Positions 28,606-43,087 of a stretch of DNA of 64,000 bases are shown in pieces. The translations under genes were made by a program, and so were the position numbers. Source of the DNA: Podarcis gaigeae (lineage: Eukaryota). Below the pieces are notes generated by a model that did no database searches, was not told the DNA's origin, and was given only the letters and a program-made list of their open reading frames with translations. The stretch lies in NCBI GenBank assembly GCA_964106915.2, contig OZ066914.1. One strand, 5' to 3'. Position 1 is the stretch's first letter. The number at the start of each line of letters is the position of its first letter.

Positions 28606-30373
28606 GAGAACGTGTATCTGCCCACATGGCACATCAGTCATGGTGACTGAATAACTGTTTAAGCCCCACACACAAACACATGGCACTCTGCACTGTATAT
28701 GTTCGTGAAAACAAGCTCTAGTTCCCATTTGTTTTTTTAAAGGACAAATTAAAATTTAATCTTTGACCTTTTAATATTTATTTCTAATTAATCAAAAACA
28801 TAATTCAGTAACATGTAGAAAGTAAAGGTGGTAAATGCAAGTGAATATAAATTGAAATTGAACACACATGCACACAGTACAAATCTGGGTTTTTACATGT
28901 TTTCTATAAACCTTGGAACCTCCCTCCTGTGCACAAGTGTGCCTTTTAACTACACAAGCACTGGCACTCATGCCTGAAAAATAAGAAACAGAGGTAATGA
29001 TGTCATAAAAACTATGAACCCCAATATTGCTCTCAACTCTCTTCTTTTCTGCAATACATTCCAAATTAAGCACTGGCAGCTGGCACACATCTTAGTTGTT
29101 TATCTCAAGGTAAAAGTACAGAACAGGTGTTGATATTTCAGCACTATATTTCGTTTTTCATAGGTTCAATAGCTCCAATGCTAGTGTGTTCAATTGCAGT
29201 AGGACCCTGCATTTGGACCTTTTAAACCACAATCACTTTGAATTGAACCCTGAAACAAAGTGGTAGTCAATGCACCTGACCATTCTCTCTTTGCTGGACC
29301 TTATCAGCCACTATAGATCAGAATCGTAGAGTTGGAAGGCAGCCCAAGGGCCATCTAGTCCAACCCCCTTGGATGCAGGAATCTCAACACATGGTTCCCC
29401 ATCCAATTTGAAGATATACCAGACCCTGCTTAGCTGTGCAAATGTGCTAGCCATTTTATTGCTGTACCACTCAGTCTCCCACATGACAGAAGGGGATACT
29501 TACTACTATACTAATGAGTAACTAAGAAATGCTATGTTCTAAATGATAGAATATGCAGCAACACAAAGTTGCAGTGACCCAGGGTCCTTGTTTATGGTTG
29601 CAATAACTTGATACAAATATCACTCTGACATCAACAGAAAAAACTGGGTCTTTCCCCCCCCACACACATACATATCTGCTCTGCCCCCCCCCATTGGCTC
29701 TTCTATTCTATTCTATAATGAAGTAGCTCTCAACTTACTTCAAGGACTCTCAGCCTTCTAAGTCATTACTCCAATATTATATTATCACATACAAGACATG
29801 ATCGATTGAACCATCACTGAAATCACAGACGATCACTAGTGTTTGCTAGGTGTTGCACCATAAAATATCACTTACAGCATAAAAAATTAAATTAACCGAA
29901 GTTCATCCAATCTAGTTTAATCTTCAGTGTAGATTAGCTTCTATAGAAGGCACAGTAAAAAAATTGAAAAAGGCATTCTGGCTACTGTTATGCATCAAAG
30001 TAGCAAGATCTACCAGGGTGGTGCATTCTCCTTCCCAGGAACAGTACTGTTGCAACAGAAATACCAGCAGAGCCCCAGGAGAAACTTGCCAAAGGAGAAA
30101 CTTGCTTTCTGCCACAAAGAACTCTATGCAGAGGTTTATTCTATGTCTAAACAATGTATTGCGTGAAGCATCCTCTACACATTCAGTAGCTTATCGTTTC
30201 CCAGATGAATTTATATTAACAGAAATAAATTCAACATATTGTGATATTTCTGAACCTTGATATGAGGGAAGCACCATCAAATAAAGTTTTGTCCAAGTAT
30301 CTAGCTATATCCTAAAACATGGAAGAAGAACCTGCAGCCCTCCAGATTATATCCAGCTACAACTCCCCATCAT

Positions 30374-31021
30374 GTTCCTGTGAAGCAGAACTCAATGCTC
30401 TGTCATTTTCACTCATGGATTGTGAATAGTTGATGCAACTGTTTAAGGACATCAGAGTTTCTGTGAAATGTCCTATACAAGTGTATCAAGACAAGAGATC
30501 CTGTTTGGCTTTGCTGAACTCAGAGAGTTGCAAGCAAAGAACCAAGTACTTGCAGATTAAGCTACATCGTGCAAGAGAGTGCATTCAGAAAGGACTCATT
30601 CAGGTGTCCTACATGGCAGGAAATGAAATTCCTGCTGATCTGTTGTCTAAGGTTGTTAACAGAGAACAACTTAAGGTTTATGTACAGAGGTTGCAATTGG
30701 GTTGAACCACAGGTACTACAGGTTACACGGAAAGGGGGAGGATGTTAGGATATTTCCGTCCCACCTTAAAGTATGAGAGCATTCGGCTAATGCTCAAGAT
30801 TGCTGCAGAGGAGAAACTGCATGTTTCCCATGTAAGCATTATTTACAACTTTATTCAGCGTTGGTCAGAACAAAGAAAACATGACTGCCTGCGTTGAGGT
30901 CTCAGGCACAAAGAGAAACGAAAGCATATACAAAACAGAAACATCCTGTGAACAGGAAATACGTAGGCTGTAACACACAACAGCCTGTCCCCTTTGAAGG
31001 TGGAATGGAAATATCCTAACA
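30374..31021 (+). mobile_element. Rearranged Ty1/Copia LTR-retrotransposon relic (RNase H, PPT, LTR start, RT fragment, inverted LTR)
   Basis: 30376-30705 translates SCEAELNAL...PIQVYQDKRSCL...RTKYLQIKLH..RE....G.I...Y......ADLLSK (Copia RNase H motifs, one internal stop). A polypurine tract at 30729-30742 is followed by TG at 30743. Confidence 0.85.
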
Positions 31022-33284
31022 GTCTGATCATTGTTCATGCTGGCTGGGGCTGACGGGAGCTGGAGCCCAACAATATCTAAAAGGCCACAGGTTCCCTATC
31101 CATGTACATGGTTGGGGAACCTTTTTCAGCCCAAGAGCCACATTCCCTTAAGAGTAATCTTTCAGGAGCCATATGCCAGCATTGGGTGGGACCAGAGGCT
31201 AAGTGGGCTTTACCTTTGTACAGTCGTTTCTACATACCCGTCTGTCTTCCATCAAGCAAGAGATATTGTCAGGATCCAAGGACACATTCCAGCCATGCAA
31301 GAACACTTCGGGAAAGAGCTGAGGGCCAGATACAGAGGTGTGGAGGGCTGTAGCCCCCTGCCGCCACCGGCCAGAGATTCCCTACCTATTTACTAGAACA
31401 ACCTGCCTGATATTCCTGTACTCACAGAAGAGTAGGGAAGAAAAAAGGAGGGGGAAGAGACTGACACTGGTATAGATAAACAGAAGGGATATAAGCACCA
31501 AAAAAATCTAGTAGCAGTTTGATGTTCGACAAGGAAGTATGAACAAAATGGAGTCATGTGTATGGAATTAGGGAATACAATTTTATTCAAGCAATATTTG
31601 CTCTATTAAAATAATCCATCAAGAATAAACTGACAAAGTCATTGTTGTCTGGGGAGATTGCTTAACCATATTAAAGGTTTATAAGTGCCACGTTTATAAA
31701 TTCATCTTTCCTGCAGTAGACTACACAATAAAAGATAGCGTATGCTAACAGATATTAGCAGCTGTAAAGAAATGCAAGAATAGCTTCCAGGAGGAAAATG
31801 TTAGTTAGATTATGTTCACATCTAGTTCCTTCTTGTCTTTTACAATTACAGTTCCTTCTGACTTCCTTCTGGTTTCTGCTGTAGCATTCTTAAGTGAAAA
31901 CTGTCAAATTCACCCAAAGAAAGTGTGCTATATGCAGCACAGTCTGGCTCCAGAGATGTTCAGCCAGTGTGGTTCAGTCAACACTATATTCCAGGTGGAT
32001 TAAGTATGTGCCTAAGCATCACATTTATCCATTGTCCAGATTTGCAGCAGCATGGCTTCTGGTCATGCTTCAAAATGATGGGCAGCATAAATATTGCATC
32101 CATTGCTCCGCCTAACGCTATCCAGCTCTACCCTACATGCCATAATTACTATGGAAAAATTGCTATGGAAATAAGCAAGTGGAGTATTGCTACACAAACA
32201 TCCTCTAGTTACTCAGCCAACATTTCTACTCTTCTACTGGCTGGCTTCCCCAACCTGGTACGCTCCAGTGTTTGGGACTACAACTTCCACCGGCATGGCC
32301 AACAGCCCAATGCTGCCCATCAGAAAGGAAAGCAGCATTAGGGTATCATGCAAACTGGCTCAAGGAGCGCAATGCCACATTGTAATCCTCTGGAAATCTC
32401 ATGCCAAGGGGTGTGTGGTCATTCCACACATGCATGAACAGATCTAACCCTTGTTAGATGCTTGTGACATATGAAATACATAAGCACTGTTCCTGTTCAT
32501 GAAGGCTCCACTGGGATTCTTGTTCCTGCTCTGGATTTCAGGGGAAGTCTGTTTGTAGCCTCTGCCTTGTGTGCCAGAGCTGCTGTAGATCTTGCTTGCC
32601 TGCATGCTTGTATAGTACAGGAAGCTGCTCCTTGTCTTGGTCACCTCCACCCAATCTTACTGGGTGGACATGTAAGGTGAGTGTTGGCCAACTTGAAATC
32701 ACCACCTTGCTCCACCTGTAGAGGAGGAGTTTTCCTCCCTATTATAGTGCTCAGCTTATAATAAAACTGCTCCCTGCTGTTCAGAGACCTATCTATGAAC
32801 AGCAGAGGAGACAATCTTCCTCCTCCTCATGGCACTGGACTGAGTAGAATCTTGTAGCAGCTGCTGAAACTGCTGCAGGAGCTGTGCAAAATTTCCAGCC
32901 CCGGGACACAATGGGAAAGGAAACCATGTCCTCTCGGGTCTAAAAGGGATTGTGGCAACTTTGCTCTCCACTGTGGCACTGGACTGGAAAATAATAGTTC
33001 TTCAAGCAGCATATGGGTGCCTTTGGAGTTGCAGGTCAGAGAGGAGGAGGAAGAAATTTTGGCTGGCTTTGTAGGAGCAGCAATATCCGGGTTAAATGTC
33101 ACCACCACCATTGCCTGCCGTTTCAAAATGGACAGAGAGCACACCACAGACATCAGAACTTGTAAATGTCTCACACAACACTAGAACTCAAGGATATTCG
33201 ATGAAGGTGAATGTTGGAAAATTTGGAACAAAGAAAAGAAAATACTTCACCTCGCTGTGTATTTAAAACTATGAAAATTGCATA

Positions 33285-33602
33285 TTTACAACTATGGAAC
33301 TTGCTTGCCCAAGAGACAGCGATTGCCATCAACTTGCATGGCTTCAAAAGAGAACTAGATAAATTCATGGATAATAAGGCTATTAATGCCTACTAGCCGT
33401 GATGACCGCATTCTGCCTCCATTGTCAGAGGCAGTATGCCGCCGAATACCAGTTGCTGCAAACTGCAAGTGGGCAGAGTACTTTTGTGCTCATGTCCAGT
33501 TTATAGGATTCCCACAAGCATCTGGTTGGCCACTGTGAAAACAGGATCCTGGACTAGATGGGCAATTGGCCTGATGCTGCAGGCTTGCCTTATGTTCTTA
33601 TG
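33285..33602 (+). mobile_element. CR1 LINE 3' end (ORF2 C-terminus plus 3'UTR)
   Basis: LWNLLAQETAIAINLHGFKRELDKFM matches the CR1 ORF2 end (WNxLP...FKxxLDxFM). It terminates in TTATGTTCTTATG. Confidence 0.8.
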
Positions 33603-34415
33603 CACAGTAAAAAAAGAAAAAAAGAAAACTCAACATGATTTTATTTCTTTTAAGAATATTGAGATACATGGTTGCTCAGTGTCACCAGTATATGCAAACG
33701 TCTGGATCACCTGAAACGTTATAGAACTTCATGCTCAGTACTGTAATGGTGAAACTCAAAGTGGGGAAGTACTTTTGTTTTTACATGTCTTCATTGTTGC
33801 TTTGGAGCGACACTGTCCCTTTCGTCCTTCCAGGCTGTGACGGTTTGTGATTAACACATTTGATTCTTTGTTTTCTGTTTCCTTTTGGTTAAGTTTGTAC
33901 TTTAACAAAACCAATTAAATATTATAAGTGAAAAAAGAGAGAACAAGCAGTGGGGCAGTGGCGGGGACCTTGATCACCAGCTTTTCCTGAGCCATCTACT
34001 GCAATTTATGTAACCAGCAAATTTGTAACTTGGGAGGCTAGATCAGGGCTGGGGGGCAGCACTTCACCACACCAGCTGCAGGTAGACCATCCACTACCCT
34101 TCTTTCTCCTCTAGTATAGCAAATTAATCTAGAGCAGGGCATATTTGTCAGAGCTGCAACAGCTACAAAGTGCTAATTCTGGGTTTAACCACAATACGAC
34201 ACACTTAGGGAAGAAGACTATATAACACTAATCTCATGTATTAAACATGTATTAGAGAAAGACTGTTGTGACAAGGTGTGTGCCTTGTCTTGCTAAAAGG
34301 ATGTTCTTAAATCCCTTTCAATTAAACAGGATATCTAGAGCATATGATATAAACTAACAAGCGGGTCAGCTGAAGGAAATCCCAAGAGAAAAAAGTGCAC
34401 AGATTACATGTGACC

Positions 34416-34477
34416 TTTGTTTGTTTGTTTGTTTGTTTGTTTGTTTGTTTATTCATTCATTCATTCATTCATTCATT
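34416..34477. repeat. Compound microsatellite (TTTG)n(ATTC)n
   Basis: Directly visible tetranucleotide arrays. Confidence 0.9.
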
Positions 34478-37061
34478 GCCTGGTAATGCATGCCAGATAA
34501 TGAATGCTACTGAATTAAATAAATTGCATTCAGCAAATGAATAGTCTACCTGCTGTGATATCCTTGTTCTTCTTGTCATTCCACTGTTTCTTATAACCAT
34601 TTTTATTTCATTTGCATTGCCCACTATTCCTGTTGTATTTTCCTGTCTAGAAATCCCCCTCAATGTATCTTATCCAATCCAGCACCTTAATACTAGCTGC
34701 ATATCAGTATGTTCAACCTACAAGTAAAAAAACATTGCTGAATTGACATACACCCAAATACTTATCAAAACCATAGATTGGTTCCTGCAAAAATGCACTT
34801 TTGAGGGGAAAGAAATGGATATTTTCCATTACAAAGGCTTTGAGGGGGAAATTATCACAACGTTATAATGCTGTTACACACTACAAGGAAGCATAGAGAA
34901 GTTAACCATCTTTTTGGTGACTTCTACCATTTCTCTTTAGGATGTGACCTCAAAAGCTTGGAATCCTCAGGAACCAACACAAAGTCCATGCCTGGTCTTA
35001 ACTATCCAACGATTGCTGTCACTGAATAATTATCTATCAGCCCATGAAACCATGTTAAGCTCATTATATGAGCAGGAATTTAATCTGATATGGGATTCAG
35101 AAGCACCAAGTACTAATTACAAAATGGGGGGAAAGTGCTAATCATTTCTCTTCCTGACAATTAGATGAATTAGACTCCAGTATTACAGACAATTAGGCTG
35201 TGATTGGGAACCTATAACTAGCCCTTTCCTATCAGTCTGAGAATCCTAATTTATGATGGAATCTTTAAAAACAAATTAAAGAAAAATTAAGTCTGAGCTG
35301 AACTTTTAACACCAGTATAAATCTTTGTAATCAATACCTTAACAATACCTTCATAATAAAGTGCCTTGACTAGCAAGCTGATTAATCTGCTTTACTTCTG
35401 AACAAAAGCCAAGTCTGACCATTCAGCACAAAATGAAAAAAATTATATCTGTCCTGTCATATTTATTTATATCGCTTGAGAGGTTTGGAGGGCAGCAACA
35501 CAAAAGCGTGCCTTTTCTGTGGTGGTTCTCCCTGTGGAATGCTCTCCCTAGATGATGACGCTAGGTGAGCCTATTACATGTCTTTATGTGCCAGGCAAAA
35601 CCATTCCTCTTTACCCAGACCTCTGCACATTAAATAATCTGTGGCCTGTTAAGGCCATGCGGGGAGGACTGCTATTGTGATTATGTTATCCTTATGCTGT
35701 CTGTTCTTAGGGTTTTTATTATTGTGATCTGTAAAATATGTTCTTAATGTTGTACACCATCCTGGGATCTTTTGATAAATAAATGAAAACAATGTATCTC
35801 AGTATTTTTTTAAAAGAAGGAAAAAGCATCGTGTACCTGGCTGTAAACTGCCCAGAGTGGCTATGGAAACCCAGCCAGATGGGCAGGGTATAAATAATAA
35901 AATTAGCAGTAGTAGTATTTACAATATAAACTATGGAAGAGAATAGGAAATGTGTAGAGCTCCTATAGGGAGGGCTATTTCTTTTTATTCTTATGAGGAT
36001 GATTGATTTAATGTTGTTATGTCCTTTGAACTGTATGAAGTGGTGAAGAAAACATCACAGTTTTTTCTATACTTTATTATTATTACGGTATTTTTTACAC
36101 ATGTAGAAATTCCGAATCTAGCAGCAGGATGTTGACAGAACAAAGATCATAACCTAACATAGGGCACAGTATTGATTTCTCAAGAGACCAGTATATGATT
36201 GGCAGGCATGATCTATGAATAATTCAAGTCTTTCGGTCTGGGGGAAAAACCCTGCTGTCTAACAGTTTATTTGTAAATACTAACATTTCCTAAAACAGAT
36301 TACTCGTATCAGTTAGGATTATGCTAATAGTCAATATTGAAAAATGGTTTCCATATATACACGAGTTAAGCAAATTATGAGAATCTGGGCAGTTAGTCTG
36401 GGTCAAGACTCTGTCATGTCACTGGTGGTTTTCTGCAAGTCTCTTCACACAAGATGCTCTTCAAGAAATCAGGGTCAGATTTGGGGGTTGGAGATCAAAA
36501 ACCATTTAAAGTCCCAGCAGCTTGCATTATAAATATCATTATAGTAAGATTTCATCATATAAAATTCATTTATCTCCAGGGTAAATTTGTTACAGTGATG
36601 ATAATGAGTTATACTACTATGCCTTGTGATATGTTTCTCCAGAAATTATTTACTTTTTCCAGATTCACGTTTTCAGAAGAGATTAGAACTGCCTAATGTG
36701 TAATTATTTCTGCATCTTCTCCCTAGGCCCAGGCAGTGAGCTAAGGAGTATATTTTAGCATAGAACTGGACCAGTTTAGAGATTCGCTAGCAAATTTCTC
36801 AGTGTCTTTTTCAGGCTGCTGCAATTGCACAATCATAGTGGCTGCAGATGAAAAGCCTGCTTGTAGACACCAGTATTCAAAAAGCAATTTGATCCATGTC
36901 TGGTGGAAGCCCCCACCAGGGTCCTGAAGAATTAGCATGGGGGTTGCAGCAAATGTGAACTATCCCACTGAAAAATCCATGTCTATCTGCTACTTTTTTA
37001 TATATACTTTAAGCCCACATACAGGGCATCTGAACAGTAAGGCCTTTTTTAAAAAAAAGAT

Positions 37062-37063
37062 GA

Positions 37064-37110
<47 letters not shown>
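37062..37110. repeat. (GAAA)n microsatellite
   Basis: About 12 perfect units. Confidence 0.95.
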
Positions 37111-37111
<1 letters not shown>

Positions 37112-37875
37112 CAGACCTGTGCGTCATGTGGCAGATGAAATGCCAGTTTTGTTTTATAGATTATTCTACATTGTGAAACCATTGCTCTCCTAATGTGTGT
37201 TGGTGTGGATTCCTAAAAATGCAAAGACAGTGACAGAAAAACAACCTGGAATACACAAACAAATGGCTGGAGAAATGAAAGATCTGAAGAAAATGGGTAG
37301 GTATCACAGGATACAGAAAATAGGATATCGGTATTCATTTCCCCCCCATGACGGAAGTGTACCAATTATCTTCAGGAACTACTACACGCATCATTTTCAC
37401 TCCCATTTTGTCTAAGACCAGCACTTTGGCCAAAAGCAAAGGGCTTGGAGGGAAAGGCTTTGGATTGTAAAAAAAAAAAAAGGGGGGGGGAGAGACCTTG
37501 GTCACATGCTTGCCAATGAATGCCAAATGAGTAACACAATGTCTACTTTATATAATATCATGTTCCAAATAAGATTTGAGTTATGCATTACCCTAAAGCA
37601 TTTGTATGATGGATTATGTTTCACAGCTAGCTTTTATAGTGAATGATATTGCATTAACGACACATGATATATTCTTGAGCTATTCAAAAATTATGAAATT
37701 TGATCAGTCTTGTCTTGTCTTGATGTAAAAAAAGCCACAAGGTTAGCTCTTAACAAAAGAAATGGCTACAAGAATCTAATATAGGTTGACATGTGCTCTA
37801 CAGATTATGTAATCCTACAGCCTTACACAGTGGTAAATGAAAGATGTGTAGGTTGCCATCTGCTAAGGGCAAATC

Positions 37876-38454
37876 TGTCATGGACTGGTTGGACACAGAG
37901 GAGTGGTGGGAGAAACCAGCTGGGGAACCATCAAGGGAAGAATGCTCAGAGTCCAGGAATTGGTAGTGAGACAATGGTGAATGGTTACAGGGAGAAGTCT
38001 GGAAAAAGAAGCTGTCAGAAGCTGAAGGGGCATTAAGGCTCAATTAGTTGGGAGAGTATGCGGCAGAGAAGTCAAGCATCAGAGGCAGAAGCTGAAGCAG
38101 ACATGTGGGAGAAGGGAGGTCAAGAAGTAGAGATTAGTAAGGTATTGAAGACTCCTGGGTGTCACCCCTCCCTGCTCCCCAAACAAGTAGAGGGATGAAA
38201 TGGGCAAAGCAAAGATAGGCTGCATGCAGCGCTGTCTCCAATTGTTCGGAAGAAGCCCTGGAGAGGAGGACACATAGATGGCTGTGGGGAGGCAGATGCC
38301 TTTACTTTCAGTAAATGATTTCATGGAGTAGGACCTACAGGGCATGAACTGCTGTGCTCACTGAGCATGAAACCCAGCTAAGTCTGTAAAGATTGTGTTT
38401 TTCTAATAACTCCAGCTCTGAACTGTGATTTACTGACCAGCTGACTCTGTGACA
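37876..38454. mobile_element. Solo LTR (probably Gypsy-type)
   Basis: TGTCA...TGACA termini with a short inverted repeat and an imperfect 5-bp TSD (AAATC/ATATC). The interior is purine-rich; 579 bp; no coding capacity. Confidence 0.6.
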
Positions 38455-38464
38455 ATATCTAAGT

Positions 38465-38600
38465 CAGGAATAGGCAAACTCGGCCCTCCAGATGTTTTGG
38501 GATTACAACTCCCATCATCCCTAGCTAACAGGACCAGCGGTCAGGGATGATGAGAATTGTAGTTTCAAAACATCTGGAGGGCCGAGTTTGCCTCTGCCTG
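38465..38600. mobile_element. hAT-type palindromic MITE
   Basis: TIR CAGG..AGGCAAACTCGGCCCTCCAGATGTTTT; TSD ATCTAAGT/ATCTAAGG. Confidence 0.85.
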
Positions 38601-41600
38601 ATCTAAGGCTTCCATACTTTTATACTAGCACACACACAAAAATCTATCATTTTGATCTCAGAGGAAAATTCTTTGTTCAGAAACCATTGTTGAACAAATT
38701 CATTACTTAGTATTTCCAATCTATTAGCTCAATTTAGAGCTGGAAATAGGTAAGTTTGTTTTGCATTGCTACAAAGTTCTATTGCTACAAAGCAATGTGA
38801 TTTTCTTAGGTTGGAGAAAAATCTGACAGCACAAGACTGAAAATATACTATAAACATAAAATGCTATAGAAAACTTCAAATGCTACTGTGGCAGCTCCTT
38901 TTTCTCATACAATGGTTTTTTGCACAACTGCTGTTTAATTATCATATAAAACAGTTTACCTTCTCATGGGAATGTAAGTGTTATGCATAAACTCTTGCTG
39001 CTGCATCAATACCATCCAAAGCAACTTGCAGCTCAAGCAACAATCAAATGCTACCCATGAAAATCTATACATTTATGCAATGTTATGCTATGTTAACGTC
39101 ATTTGTTGTTTTCACAGGTATAAATATAACTTCAGTGTGACCTTGTCAGTTTCCCAGTGAGAATGATCAACTGCTAATCTGTGAAGTTCATACCAACCCT
39201 TTCACAAGTGCACATTAAAAATATAAAAGCTATGATCTAGGTTATTTTTGAAAGGAGTTAACAGATGACTGGTATTAAGATTAAATAGTTACCTGAATTA
39301 TTGCTCAAGTTCCTGTAGGCACAGAATAAGCCACTCCTTTATCACTTTTTGGCCCAAAAAGAATGCAAACCTGGCTACAGGCCTAATTAAAGGCTGAACT
39401 GTACAACCATCAGAGGCCTTAAATTCAGAAACTTGTGGCTCTTTAAAAAAAAAACCCTCAGTAATCAAATGCTCAAGAGGATTGAATGTGTGTGTGCCTG
39501 AGTGTGCATAAATCTGCAAAGCTAGAGGAGCAGTCAAGAGACATTTCCTGGGAAACCATTGAATAGAGGGCAGCAGGTGAGAGGATCTGTAGTTCTCCTA
39601 CCCAACACTTACCAATAAAAGAGATGGATAAAGAAACACTCTGAGTTTCTATTCAATAATCATGACTCACAGCTTTTAATAGAATTGTCCTCCATTAATA
39701 TACCAAATCCTTTCTCCCCTTTCATTTCTTCAAAGCTAGTAATTACCATCATATCTTGTAATTTCATACGTTAATTTCTAACTCTTAAGTGGTATGTGCT
39801 ATGTCAGTTTGTGATCAACACTAATTTGACTTCACTGGATGTCCCAAAGTTTTAGTACAAATTAAGAAATTGCTTGTCTGCTCTCCCCAATACAGTAGTA
39901 AGTTTTCTATATTTAAGCTGGAACCCTATATACACTTGCAGTTGCCTGAGATTAAGCCCCCTCAAACTCAGTGAGACTTACTTCCGAGTATACATACATA
40001 GGACTGCCCTGCAAAGCTTTAAAACTTTTAAACATTTATTTAAAACTGTAATCCTACGTGCACTCATAAAGAGGTTCCAATTAGGTTATAGTTGGGCTTA
40101 TACCCAAATAAGTGGATACAGGATTTTAACCAAACTCTTGACAATTTTAGTTTCTTTCCATACCCTTTTTCAGATTGTATTTTTGTTTAACATATTATGA
40201 TCAAAATAATACACCGCAGCATTATACAAATATGTGGCACGGTTGAACATACAAAAGCATTTTGCGTTTTTCACTCCCAAGAGAAGCTGCATATGCAGGG
40301 GGAAAAAAAACCCTGATATGAACAAAAATAATCTGACATTCAATTCAATAAATGAAAATCCTTCCTTCCACCAGGGCTGGCATGAATCATTTTGCTACAG
40401 GAGGAGATGGCATTCTCCCACTTCCATCTGGACTGGAACCAAGTTTCAGCTGCAAAACCAGCAATGTGATAATGTCCACACTGCTCCACAGAATAGTAGG
40501 CTAGCTCAAGGGACTTAACCCTGTCATTTAACCCTGCCTAATGTTACAGCTACCCCTCCATTCCTGCCTTGTGGAGGGAAATCACAGTACTATACAGCAA
40601 TACCTTAATACCCGGAAATAGTGAGCAAGCCTTTTGAGTTCTCCAGATCTCTTTTCAAGATGGATGTTAAGCAACAACAACAACAAGAAAAAGTGGAGGG
40701 GAGGATGAGTGAAAAAGCTGGGTGTGTTGGAGCCCAGAATTTTGTAGACTGTAACCATCTTGAGATGCTGCCTAAAAACAACTAGTGTTGAAATATACTG
40801 ATGAATTTTAATCCAATCCACATTTTAATGTTTTATCTTCCTTTTTAAAACATACCTTTCTAAAAAGATCCACAATACAGCTAGTGGCAGTGTTTGAAAA
40901 AGAATAACATCTTATTTCCAGTTATTGACACATGCCTCCTGCAGGCACAGATTTAAATTACTATAAAGTATTCCAGATTTTACCTAAATCCAGCTATGCT
41001 GATTTATCATACACTTGTATCAAGGCATAGACAAATTATTATTGTTTCCAGCTGGAGTAAAACTTGTAGATTACACAGCTATGGATGTACATCTTCCTCA
41101 GTATCAAACCATACAGGTCAAAAACTAAGCTTTTGGCGTAGGATTCACTATGCCCATGACAACCTGTTCATAAAACACAGATGGCAATATCATACCCTAA
41201 ATTATTTTTCCTGCAAAAGGTACCACTTGGATGACAGTTAAACAGATTAATTACAAGGAAAGGTCAGGTGTTTATGCACCTTGTGCAACATAATTATTTA
41301 TACTTGCATAAAATATTTTACCAAGAGGACAAAAGATCTGAATGATGTAGTTGTGTTGATACATAGCTGGTACAACTTGTTTTCCTTGGAAAACAAAGTA
41401 CAATAAGTTTTGGTGTGCATTTTTTAAAGAAGCCAGGGCATTTTTAACTGCCATTCTTACATCACTGAACCAAGGTATGTCTGCTACAACTACTTTCTGT
41501 TACTAAGTGCTCTGGAAGTCATTCGGTGGTTTATTATAACCATTATCATTTATATATCCCTTTTCACTGCTCAATGAGTTTCACACACTCAATAATCATC

Positions 41601-43087
41601 AAAACCACTTTTTAAAGACAGGCTGATATTACTGCCTATATCAAAGCTGGAGGACTGGCAGATGAACATTTATACGGTCCTTTACAACTTCCTTCGGTAG
41701 TTTATGTAACGAAAAAGCTTAGGAAAACAAAAAGGAAATCCAGGAGGACAGCAAAATCAGGGCTAGATGAGCCTCTCTGGGGAGAGCATTTCACAACTGG
41801 TGCACCATCACTGAGAAGGCTCTGCACTTAGAAGCTACCTCAATTCCAATGATAAGGATGCCCAGAGAAGGCCTTCTTCATTTGTAATGCTAGTGGGATC
41901 AAATGCATCTCAGCAGTTCTAAAGGATATGTGACCATGGAACAGATGAGAAAATAAGAAAAGAGCTCTATAAAGGCTGTGTACCTTTGAAGCACACTCAA
42001 AGCACACTATTTCAAAGAATTTTGGCCACCTCACCCTGAATTACATTTCCCAGCCACTGTTAAACTACCATGCCCAGAATATATACAACATCTCATTTCA
42101 CATTAGATATTAGGCCTCCTACTGTGTAATCAACCTACTTATGCCATTTATTCATTCTGTCCATAACAGTACGCTATAGAGTTGTTTTCTATATTTCATA
42201 GCAGATTGTTATCCTACCATAAAACTGCACAATTGATTTTTTTTTTAGTCTTTTTTCACTAAAAATACATTCATTAGTCGTGCTCTATTACATTTTGAAA
42301 TATCAAGACTTGTTAATTAAAATGATAAGTTTGTGTTGCACACCTAACACCCCACACGTCAAACCCATAGAACAGGCTCCTTCGGGTATTATTAGTTCCA
42401 CACAGCTGGAAACGATAGTCTGATAAATGTTGGCTGCCACAGTAAATCACATAACAGTAAGGTCTGTTGTGTCAGGAAGCAAGCATTAATTAGTAAGGGC
42501 TGATTTAACTCAAAGGATTAACATCCTCAATCATACAGTGAGCCTTTCTTCCACACCACCTCTCAGCCACTCCTTGCGATCTGAGAAAGAGTTTGAGGTC
42601 AACTTAAAACATTCAGCTCATAATATCTTGCTGATATTGGGTGGAGTTTTTGTCGATTGTTCCAAAGAATCGGGAACTGGTCTTTTAAGGCCTAGTAAAA
42701 CAATATTGCTCTAAAATCATGTATTTAGCTCTGAAGAGATCTTTACCCTCATTAATAACATTACATTTTGAAGCATTTCAAATACCACGATTCACAAAAC
42801 TATGAGGTGGAATCCAACTGTGCCCTTCTAATAGCAAAATGGTTATTAATCCAACAGACACCTCAGCTAGCAAAAGAGGGTACATGATTTTTAACCAACT
42901 CTACCTCTCTCCTGTTGGAAGTAAAGCTGCATCTGAAATGGGGGTGGGGTGAAGGTTTTCATTCCTTTTTTCGCCCTCCTCCTTCAATTAGTTAGAGACT
43001 TTCCTTCTGTTAAGGACTCCATGATCGCAACATGTAACCCTGTCCTCACGAATGGCTTCAATTATTACTAGGAATAATAAATCTTAG

